In this document: positions 50,582 to 58,457 of the stretch, in pieces | How positions within the stretch are numbered: the first letter of the stretch is position 1 | How the letters are laid out: the number at the start of each line of letters is the position of its first letter | Assembly: GCA_040755995.1 (NCBI GenBank) | Contig: JBFMAF010000003.1 | Location: 32,001 to 96,000, forward strand | DNA: 64,000 bases | Source of the DNA: Acidobacteriota bacterium | GTDB lineage: Bacteria; Acidobacteriota; CAIWXX01 | Reading direction: 5' to 3' | Program-made: the position numbers and the translations under genes | The notes under the pieces: model-generated | Database searches by the model: none | Seen by the model: only the letters and a program-made list of their open reading frames with translations | What the model was told of the DNA's origin: nothing

Positions 50582-52372
50582 TCAGTGTCCCTGGCCTGCC
50601 TGCGACCAGACGCAATCCAGAAGCCCGACGGGCATCTGCAAGTGGGATGCCATCCATTCCCTGACATTCGTGGCGAACACTCTCCGATCAAACGAGTACA
50701 CTGCTGGGGCACTCTCCACCGCGGCCCCATCAGCGACCAAGTAGTGTGGCCCGGGCAGTGCCGCGACCCAGTCGGGATCGAAAAACGGAGTATCCCCGGT
50801 ATCCCTCCGTAAGACGGAGGTGCGGAGCGAAGCTTCCTCCACCGACATGCCTTCCTCCTCAAGGGTCTTGCGCACATCTGTCCACTCATCGCATAGGAAG
50901 AATACGAAATCGACGTTGTCAAGATACCCTGCGAGCCGGATGTCCCTGACCACCCGTACGAACTGCTGTGAGTAATGGCACCAGGATGCGACTGCGACCG
51001 GAATCTGATTGACTCCGATGATCAGATCGCGCTCCTGCCCAGCTTCGATGACCGGGACTGCTCGCTGCTCGACCTCTCTCTCCCAGTCGGCGAGCGGATG
51101 GCTCGAGCGTGACAATGCGGTGAGCAGGTCAGAGGCGATGTCTGGGGAATGATCGGCGATTTGGCGGAGGCGACGCTCGAAACGAGCAGGCTGTGGCCCG
51201 AGCCGTCCCAGAAGGGATGCTGCGGCTGTCCGAACCTCGGGGTACCTGCTCTGCATCATTTTCTCGACTGACGGCCACGCCCGCGAGAGGTCAACTCCGT
51301 GCGCTGCGAGCAACTCGAGTGCGCGGAGCTGCACGGTGGGATCCCAGTCGGTCAACGCTTTCACGACAGTGTCTCGGAAATCCGTGCCGCAAGCGCCGAT
51401 CGAGTTGAGGGCATCGAGGGCCGCGGCCCTCACCTCTCCCAGTGGGGCGACGGTGAGCCCGAGAAGGGCCGGAATTGCATCTTCCGCCCCGCGACCAATC
51501 GACTTCAGCGCACCGGCTGCCGCCACCTGGACATCGGTGTCATTATCCGTGAGCAGCGATACCAGGGAACTGACAGCGGCGGGTCTCTCCCGAAGCTCCT
51601 CTGCCTCGGCCCTCTTGTCAGCAGCCAACTCCTCGGGGGAGAGGAAGACTTTCTGCAGGGCTTCTGCCAATTGGCTCGTCGTCCTATCGGCATGAATCTG
51701 GCCAAGCGCTGCAGCCGCCTTCACCCGGACCGACCAATTCTGGTCTCGTACCATGCCTCGGATGGCAGCCAGCGCTGGGACTGCGTGTATGTCGAAGGAG
51801 GCCAGCGTTTCCAAGGCCATCTCTTTCACCCACGGGTGCTCATCACTCAGACTGCTGGCTACCATCTCTACCAGGCGATCATCGGGCGTAGCGAGTTTCG
51901 CGGCGTACTCTGCTGCTGCTGCACGCACGCTTAGAACCGGATCGCGCAGTAGGCTGCCGAGCGCATCTACGCTGCCCCTGGGACTGGCACGACCCAGGGC
52001 CTTCGGCACAGCGGCGCGAACCTCGGCCACCGGGTCTCTTGCCGCATCTAGCAATACTCCTCCCACCTGCTCTGGGGCTTGTGGGTGCGCCGCGAGTACT
52101 TCGACTGCGAGCAGCCGGATGGAAGGGTCTGGGTGCTTGACGGCCGCAACCAGCGACGGTACGATGCAAGCCGGAACGACGGCGTCTTCCTCAGCGAGGC
52201 GCTCCAGCGCAGGGGCAAGAACTGCCGGATCGCACCCCGCGAGTATCTCTACATTGTCTTGTCGAGCTGACGCAGGCACGTTGATGACGGCGAGTACCAA
52301 GAGGCCCGAAATGAGTGTGCTGAACTCTCCTGGCTTTGCTGCGGTACCCGAGGGCGTGGCGTGGATTCGCAT
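50582..52372 (-). CDS. HEAT-repeat protein with a signal-like N-terminus
   Basis: Repeated L.D....VR..A..AL units; AAGGAG RBS before ATG 52372. Confidence 0.8.
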   Translation of the reverse strand: MRIHATPSGTAAKPGEFSTLISGLLVLAVINVPASARQDNVEILAGCDPAVLAPALERLAEEDAVVPACIVPSLVAAVKHPDPSIRLLAVEVLAAHPQAPEQVGGVLLDAARDPVAEVRAAVPKALGRASPRGSVDALGSLLRDPVLSVRAAAAEYAAKLATPDDRLVEMVASSLSDEHPWVKEMALETLASFDIHAVPALAAIRGMVRDQNWSVRVKAAAALGQIHADRTTSQLAEALQKVFLSPEELAADKRAEAEELRERPAAVSSLVSLLTDNDTDVQVAAAGALKSIGRGAEDAIPALLGLTVAPLGEVRAAALDALNSIGACGTDFRDTVVKALTDWDPTVQLRALELLAAHGVDLSRAWPSVEKMMQSRYPEVRTAAASLLGRLGPQPARFERRLRQIADHSPDIASDLLTALSRSSHPLADWEREVEQRAVPVIEAGQERDLIIGVNQIPVAVASWCHYSQQFVRVVRDIRLAGYLDNVDFVFFLCDEWTDVRKTLEEEGMSVEEASLRTSVLRRDTGDTPFFDPDWVAALPGPHYLVADGAAVESAPAVYSFDRRVFATNVREWMASHLQMPVGLLDCVWSQAGQGH

Positions 52373-52802
52373 TGTGTCCTTCTCCTTGTAATCTAGCCAT
52401 TGCCAGCCGAAGGCCTGGGCCGCGGCCAGCATGCGCGTTCGGCGATGCCGACCCCGGCTTCGGGGGGCGGACTCGCTAGGTACTGCGTGGCCGTAAAACG
52501 GATCGAAGGTAGCCGTTCTTGGGCTCCAGAACTTCGGCGGGCCTCGCACACGGCATGCCTTCGTCTGGAGCGCCCAGCGCTTGGCTTGAAGCAAGCGGCA
52601 AGAGATCGATCTCCGCATTGGCATAGCTTTCCACATCGTTCCCGAGTCGAGACGCCGTATGTCCGCGCGCTGGGCTATCATCTCCTTTCCCGGGCGATCT
52701 CCAGATGTGGCCCCTCGCAGCATTCGCGCATTCCTATCACCACCTGTAGCCGGACTTAGCGGTGGCCGTGGTTCGTCCCAAATGGTCCACCCCCTGCACC
52801 TT

Positions 52803-53699
52803 CTAGCCGACTCCCGCGGACCCCCCAAATCGCTGCCGTGCTTTCAATATGTACGCCACCTCGCGACCTGGTGCTTGGCGTTCAGCTTCGTACAGGGCGG
52901 CCCGCTGACGCACCACTTCGAAGGGTGCCTTGGCCATCTTGCCCCACTTCATCTTCACGAGGTCTTCGGCTATTTCGGCCGCCGTCGTCACAAGGACTTC
53001 GACGATGCCCTTCGTGCTCTTGATGCGATGTGACTTCATGAACTCCTCATACTCATACTGCAGGTGAAGCAGCTCATCTTCGAGCTCGTGAATGGGAACG
53101 GAGAGCTTGGCCACCTTGTTGATCCAGTCCTTGAGGCGCATGTGCTTCAGGATCGAGTCTGGATCTCGACGGAACTCGGCGATCGCCTCCCAGGGAGTCA
53201 GGTCAGACGGTGTAGGCAGCGCGTTGAGCGTAATGCGCACAACATCGCCCCTATCCGCCGGCGCGTCAATCGAGACCTGATTCTCCCTTCCTGCAGCCAC
53301 TGCGTCAAATTGTCGGGTCTCTCGGAGGTGAAGAGCAAGTTGACGGAGCCCGGGTCGCTGAATGCGCGCGGCCGGGCCAACACGGCCAGCGGCGATAGCC
53401 AGCACGCGGCCTATGCCCTGAAGGCCTACCACATCGGCATCCTGTGGGTCGGGGGTGACTTCGGGAAGATACTTCCGATCCGCTGCCCTTGTACCCTCAA
53501 CAGTCGTTAGCAGCCCCTCCTTGCGTAGGAACTCAAAATCGTTCTTGCCCAAGGAGAGTGCTCGCCGCTCAACAAGCGTCAGATGCTGCTGAGTCAGATC
53601 CAAAGCGAGCCGCTCGAACAGGAGGAGTAGCCGCTTCAACTCCCCTGGATCCGCGAAGGTGCTGGCTGCGATCACGGCGACGAACAACGGCATCGTCAT
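52803..53699 (-). CDS. Hypothetical protein (possibly DUF6236-like)
   Basis: 298-aa ORF with GAGG RBS; LPTPSDLTPWEAIAEFRRD motif. Family assignment tentative. Confidence 0.6.
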   Translation of the reverse strand: MTMPLFVAVIAASTFADPGELKRLLLLFERLALDLTQQHLTLVERRALSLGKNDFEFLRKEGLLTTVEGTRAADRKYLPEVTPDPQDADVVGLQGIGRVLAIAAGRVGPAARIQRPGLRQLALHLRETRQFDAVAAGRENQVSIDAPADRGDVVRITLNALPTPSDLTPWEAIAEFRRDPDSILKHMRLKDWINKVAKLSVPIHELEDELLHLQYEYEEFMKSHRIKSTKGIVEVLVTTAAEIAEDLVKMKWGKMAKAPFEVVRQRAALYEAERQAPGREVAYILKARQRFGGSAGVG

Positions 53700-53759
53700 C
53701 CTCGGCAGAATCCGCTCAGTCCTCCGCCCAGCCCAGGTTCAGATGGTTTCCAGGCAAGG

Positions 53760-54154
53760 TGGGTGGCGGCCAGTCGGCGTACTGACCATGAGAGCATGTC
53801 AATCAACTCACTCTCGCTGTCCGAATGCCCGTCGGCGAGGCTGATCTTGAGGTGCTGCCACACGCCCTCATCCGTCCTCAATTCGGCCGGGTGGACAAGA
53901 AGAGGAATCCGATGGAGGTGTGATGTGTGGGAGAGAAGCTCCTCGAGAGCCTGTGCTTCGTGGATGTTGCGAATGTCCAGGGCGACGAGGTCATAGTGTT
54001 TCTCCGGCACCTGTCCCGACGAGTGCCCGGCCACCCGATCGTTCTCCTGGATGTTGTCGTGACATGGCGGGCATTGGAGCGCGCAATGGCGGCGGCCCGG
54101 ACTGGCGGAGATCCCGGAGATAGATCTCGGCACAGCGAAAGCAGGATCGACCAT
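53760..54154 (-). mobile_element. Degenerate IS630-family transposase remnant (DDE C-terminal part)
   Basis: SISGISASPGRR...VALDIRNIH...HPAELRTDEGVWQHLK resembles the IS630 D....H and Y.PELNP.E.VW..LK motifs. No N-terminal HTH or terminal repeats found. Confidence 0.6.
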
Positions 54155-54203
54155 GTTGTCACTAGCCTCCTCTCAGCCGGGGTATGATGCGTGGAATCAT
54201 TCC

Positions 54204-54304
54204 AGGAGGGCCATGGGGCGCGGGGTCGATGTCGGGCGGGGATGCCCTCGGATCATGGCTCCGGTGACCTTCCTCTGGCGCTCCCCGCTGTCCATGGCCC
54301 TCCT
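54204..54304. repeat. 13-bp inverted repeat forming a long GC-rich hairpin
   Basis: AGGAGGGCCATGG (54204-54216) and CCATGGCCCTCCT (54292-54304), with further inner pairing. Confidence 0.6.
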
Positions 54305-54319
54305 ATGCCCTCCTATCTT

Positions 54320-55654
54320 TTATAGTGCGATGTGGCTGCAACAATCCTGGAGAGATGAAAAAAATACCTGTGCGGCAGATGCTGGGCCTGGGACTGAGCC
54401 CTGGCAGGCTTGCATCTTATTGATAATTCGTCTCGCTGGCTGCGCCAACTGCCGGAGCAGGGCCGTGTTGTGGCACCGGATGCTCTGTGTGTCGGTGGCT
54501 ACTACGCAGGCGTTGCAATTGTCGCATCGGGCGCGGTCGGTCCGGCCGCTGCGGAACTTGTTCGGCAGGTCGGGCTCCAGGATCAGCGGCCTGGCCATAG
54601 AGCAGAAGTCGGTGTGCCCCTGGTCGATGGCGGCCTCCATGAACGCGCGCTCCCGCATCCCCCCGACCGTCACTACCGGCAGCTTGATGCTTCGTTTCAC
54701 TCTTGCGGCCGTCGCCAGGTTGTAGCCTTCGCGGAACCTGGGCTGGAAGAGGCTGGCTGCCGGCATCACTAGGCGCTTCGTGACGAACCGGTACGGTGGC
54801 GACATGTGGCAGAAGGGGCGAAGGTATCGAAGCATCGCGTTTGCCGGGAATGCTCCGCGGGTCATCACGAACCCAGCCTCGTTCGTTCCGCAGCTCAGCT
54901 CGATCGCATCGCAACAGCCGGTCTGTTCGACTCGCCGCGCGGTCTCGACGCACTCATCCGGCGTGATGCCGCCGGAAACGCGCTCCTCTGTGTTCAGCTT
55001 GATCAGCACCGGATAGCCTGGCCCGACTGCATCCCGCACGGCCTTCAGGACATCGCCGACGATTCGGAAGCGGTTGCTCAAGTCTCCGCCCCAGCGATCC
55101 TTGCGCCGGTTCGACCGTCTGGCCAGGAAGGACGACAACAGATACCCGTGGGCACCGTGGACCTGCACGCCGTCGTAGCCGGCATCCTTCGCCCTTCGCG
55201 CCGCGTCGCCGAATCCCCGGACTACCTCGGCGATGTCCGCTTCGGTCATCTCCTCAGGCTTCTCGCCGTAGAACCCGCACGGGATCGCCGAAGGAGCCTT
55301 CAGCGGCTGCCGGGTCTCCGTTGACCAGGTCTGCCGGCCGCAGTGGGCGATCTGCAGCACGATCCGCCCACCGATGGCGTGAAGACGTTCGACCATCTCC
55401 CGGTGAGCAGGCACCAGGTCGTCTGAGTCGATCATGGTCATGCGGTATAGAGCGCTCCGGCCGGCTTGCAGCACTCTGGCGTAGCCGGTGATCACCAAGC
55501 CGATCCCGCCTTCGACGAAGCCCTTGTAGAACCGGAACTGCTCTTCGGTGGGCCGGCCACGCGCGTCGGCCAGGCCCTCGTGCGAGGCTGCCCGGATCAT
55601 CCGGTTGGGCAGCTCATGCCTCCCAATCGCTTTGGGCGAAAACAGGATGGACAT
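54320..55654 (-). CDS. NADH:flavin oxidoreductase (Old Yellow Enzyme-like ene-reductase)
   Basis: LPNRMIRAASHEG, LQIAHCGRQ, VHGAHGYLLSSF, D.WGG...NR, VGGMR, MARPLI.EP; C-terminal CDNCNAC...C. Confidence 0.9.
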   Translation of the reverse strand: MSILFSPKAIGRHELPNRMIRAASHEGLADARGRPTEEQFRFYKGFVEGGIGLVITGYARVLQAGRSALYRMTMIDSDDLVPAHREMVERLHAIGGRIVLQIAHCGRQTWSTETRQPLKAPSAIPCGFYGEKPEEMTEADIAEVVRGFGDAARRAKDAGYDGVQVHGAHGYLLSSFLARRSNRRKDRWGGDLSNRFRIVGDVLKAVRDAVGPGYPVLIKLNTEERVSGGITPDECVETARRVEQTGCCDAIELSCGTNEAGFVMTRGAFPANAMLRYLRPFCHMSPPYRFVTKRLVMPAASLFQPRFREGYNLATAARVKRSIKLPVVTVGGMRERAFMEAAIDQGHTDFCSMARPLILEPDLPNKFRSGRTDRARCDNCNACVVATDTQSIRCHNTALLRQLAQPARRIINKMQACQGSVPGPASAAQVFFSSLQDCCSHIAL

Positions 55655-55674
55655 GGCTCGCTGTCCTCGGTTTC

Positions 55675-56262
55675 CTACTTCTTGGACCGCGCCGCTTTGA
55701 CGAAACGACGATCCCGGGCGCGGAGCCACAGGTAGCAGAGGACTAGCGAGCCCCAGAAATACACGCTCACTATCAGCCAGCCCGTGAAGAAGGGGTGTGA
55801 CCAGAAGGAGTAGAACTGCCCGGCCTCGTACTTGTCCATGGTGCTGGCGATGTTGAACGTGATCTTGCGTGTCGCCAGAACTATGACTCCGATCAGGACG
55901 GCCATGGATATGTACCCGATGCGAACCCAGAGGTCGCGGCCCTGTCTGAGCCAGCGCCTGCCGATCTCGAAACCGATGTAGGCCGGCCCCGCTGTCAGCA
56001 GAAATACCGCGAACGACACCGCAGCTCTCAGCGGGCTGTCGTGCAGGTTGTCCTGCCAGCGCCATAGGAAATTCACTTCCCAGGCGGGCCACCCCATGAA
56101 GAAGTAGAACGGAATTGGAGTAATGAAGAACACGGCAAACAAGAGCACCGTCGTCCGCATGAAGTAGTGGCGGTTCTGGTTGTCGCTCTTGAGCATGTTC
56201 TTGCCGGCTTCCGCAAGCGCTAGCCCGGAAAGCAGGGCGACCGGAACATCAATGGCCAACAT
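55675..56262 (-). CDS. Five-TM membrane protein (paralog A)
   Basis: AAGGAGGTG RBS; AIDVP, GWPAWE, GFEIGRRWL. Confidence 0.75.
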   Translation of the reverse strand: MLAIDVPVALLSGLALAEAGKNMLKSDNQNRHYFMRTTVLLFAVFFITPIPFYFFMGWPAWEVNFLWRWQDNLHDSPLRAAVSFAVFLLTAGPAYIGFEIGRRWLRQGRDLWVRIGYISMAVLIGVIVLATRKITFNIASTMDKYEAGQFYSFWSHPFFTGWLIVSVYFWGSLVLCYLWLRARDRRFVKAARSKK

Positions 56263-56322
56263 GCTGTCACCTCCTTTGAGTAGTCTCGCCTGCTGCCCAT
56301 GGCAGCCCGGCTGCGCTTCGCA

Positions 56323-56940
56323 TCATTTCCCTGCGGCCTCTGCGCTGTCTCTCCGGATGCGCCACACCGCAACAGCCAGCCCTGCCACGAAATAGCACAT
56401 CACACCCACCCAGGCGGCCGAAAACCCGTACGCATTGCTCCACACCGACGCCATCTCATCGCGGCTCTGGCCATTCAGGTTGTGGTACTGGTCGTAGGTG
56501 CCTACCAGCAGGAACGAGGGATAGTTGCACAGCACGACGATTCCTACGGCGACGAGGACTCCGATGTACGTCCATCGCAGGAGCCTCTCTTTGCCCGCCA
56601 TGAGCCATCGGTAGCCCAGAACGTGACCAAGGTAGCCGGCGAGGACTATGGCCATGACGAAGCCGGCAGGGAGAAGCGGGTTCAACCACCCCGTGTGCAT
56701 CACCTCCTCGAATCGCCTGCTCCAGTAGATCTGCTCCCACCCCGGCCAACCCGCCAAAAGGTAGATTCCTGCCGGCGCAATCACGAAGCCTGCAAAGAAG
56801 ACGGCGCGATAGAGGTAGCGATAGTAGATCGCCGGTTTCCGGCGTTCTTCTGTCGATGAATCGGCCTTCAGGGTCTTTCGACCCAGGTCGATGAAGAGCA
56901 TGCTGGCCACGAATGCGGCCGGGATATCGATCTGAACCAT
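56323..56940 (-). CDS. Five-TM membrane protein (paralog B)
   Basis: GAGGAGG RBS; QIDIP, GWPGWE, GHVLGYRWL. Confidence 0.75.
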   Translation of the reverse strand: MVQIDIPAAFVASMLFIDLGRKTLKADSSTEERRKPAIYYRYLYRAVFFAGFVIAPAGIYLLAGWPGWEQIYWSRRFEEVMHTGWLNPLLPAGFVMAIVLAGYLGHVLGYRWLMAGKERLLRWTYIGVLVAVGIVVLCNYPSFLLVGTYDQYHNLNGQSRDEMASVWSNAYGFSAAWVGVMCYFVAGLAVAVWRIRRDSAEAAGK

Positions 56941-56959
56941 ATGCGTCCTCCTCTTGCGC

Positions 56960-57970
56960 CTACGTGCTGAGCCTCACCGCACAGCCCCCAGGGCCAAACT
57001 CCATATCAGTACCCGCACCCGAGCGCGGCACCCCAGCGGTGATTCGCCGCAACATCTCCTCGATCGATCGCTCCTCTGCAGCGCTCAAGAAACGTCGCGG
57101 GAGCGCCGGCGTAAGCCTCCCGAGGGCGCGGTGCATCGCCAGCCCAAGCGGGTTGTACGGCAGCAGCTCCACCTGGCTCACACGCAGCTCCCTCAGGATC
57201 GCGACCAGCCCGGACAGATTCTCCTCGGTCGCCGTGATCCCTGGCACCACGGGAATGCGGACCGCCGTTTGGACCGGCTCGCGCAAGAGTCGTTCCAGAT
57301 TCATCAGAATACGGCGATTGCCGCGCCCGGTGAGCTGGCGGTGAGCTCGCTCGTCGGCCAGCTTCAGGTCGAAATAGACGAGATCGACATGTGGCAGGAT
57401 CTGCTGATGGAACGAAGCATAGTCGAACCAGCCCGCAGTCTGAATCGCCACGTGGACGCCCCGAGCCTTCAGCGGCTCGAGCAGCATCTCCAGGTACTCG
57501 GGGTAGAGCGCGCACTCGCCGCCCGAGAGCGTCACGCCTCCACCCGAGTGCCTGTAGTACGGCTCGTCCCGCAAGAGCAGATCCACGAGCGCTCCCGGCG
57601 AGTAGTACCGGCCCACCGTCCGCAACGCACCGCCCGTGCAGGCGTCGACACAAGAGCCGCAGCGTGAACAGCGGTCGCGGTCGATGCGGCCGTCCAGCTG
57701 GACGCTCGCCGCGCCCGCCGGGCATGCTTTCACGCATTCGCCGCAGCCGACGCACTTCTGTACGAAGAACGCGATCTCCAGCCGCGCGTCCTGTGTCTCG
57801 GGGTTCTGGCAGAAAACGCAGCGCAGGGCGCAGCCCTTGAAGAAGACGACGCTCCGGATGCCGGGGCCGTCTTCGAGACTGTGGCGTTTGACGTCCACCA
57901 CCAGAGGGTAGTCGCTCGCGACCCGGCCGGTCGCCACCTCATCCAACACGGTTATTGTCGTCTCCATCAC
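56960..57970 (-). CDS. Glycyl-radical enzyme activating enzyme with ferredoxin-like insert
   Basis: DGPGIRSVVFFKGCALRCVFCQNPE; CVGCGEC...CP and CSRCGSC...C; GGGVTLSGGE; LLPYN.LG. Confidence 0.93.
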   Translation of the reverse strand: MMETTITVLDEVATGRVASDYPLVVDVKRHSLEDGPGIRSVVFFKGCALRCVFCQNPETQDARLEIAFFVQKCVGCGECVKACPAGAASVQLDGRIDRDRCSRCGSCVDACTGGALRTVGRYYSPGALVDLLLRDEPYYRHSGGGVTLSGGECALYPEYLEMLLEPLKARGVHVAIQTAGWFDYASFHQQILPHVDLVYFDLKLADERAHRQLTGRGNRRILMNLERLLREPVQTAVRIPVVPGITATEENLSGLVAILRELRVSQVELLPYNPLGLAMHRALGRLTPALPRRFLSAAEERSIEEMLRRITAGVPRSGAGTDMEFGPGGCAVRLST

Positions 57971-58455
57971 ACCAATCCCAGCTCTTTTCCAAGGTCGCGC
58001 GCCATGAAGGCGAACTTGTAGACGTAATTGAGGTTGCCGTCGATCTCGACTTCGTTGCGCAGCAGCGAACTCAGGATGTCCTGGTCGCGTGAGAACAGGA
58101 AGGACCTGAGCGCCGGTACGTTCTTGAAGCTGACGCGCACGTCCCAGTCCTCGATTCCATTGGGATGGCGCATGATTCTCTCATTGTCGAACACGACGCC
58201 GCTTCTGACGCGATCGTCTACCGTTCTGAACAGGTACCGCCCGCGGAAACCTTTGATGTTCCTGCGATAGGGCTTCCACAGGCGCAAGAACAGCTGCATG
58301 CCAACCAACAGCAGGTCCACGAAAGCGTCGGTCGCCGCCCCGGAAAGTTGGTCCGAGAGCTGCCTGCAGCCCTGCCTGGCGATACGGTGTCCCAGCTGCT
58401 CGGGCCAGAGATACCGAAATGGACGCCATGACGCAACTCTTGGCCAGAAAGACAT
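57967..58455 (-). CDS. SCP2 (sterol carrier)-like protein
   Basis: YLFRT...VVF...DVRVSFKN...DILSSLLRNEVEIDGNLNYVYKF fits the SCP2 fold pattern; sits between the GRE and its activase. Confidence 0.62.
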   Translation of the reverse strand: MSFWPRVASWRPFRYLWPEQLGHRIARQGCRQLSDQLSGAATDAFVDLLLVGMQLFLRLWKPYRRNIKGFRGRYLFRTVDDRVRSGVVFDNERIMRHPNGIEDWDVRVSFKNVPALRSFLFSRDQDILSSLLRNEVEIDGNLNYVYKFAFMARDLGKELGLV

Positions 58456-58457
58456 GT

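Noticed and set aside
53927..54187. Plus-strand ORF with FLRHLSRRVPGHPIVLLD, resembling an IS630 segment
   Set aside because: The minus strand carries a longer ordered set of IS630 motifs; the plus-strand match is treated as coincidental.
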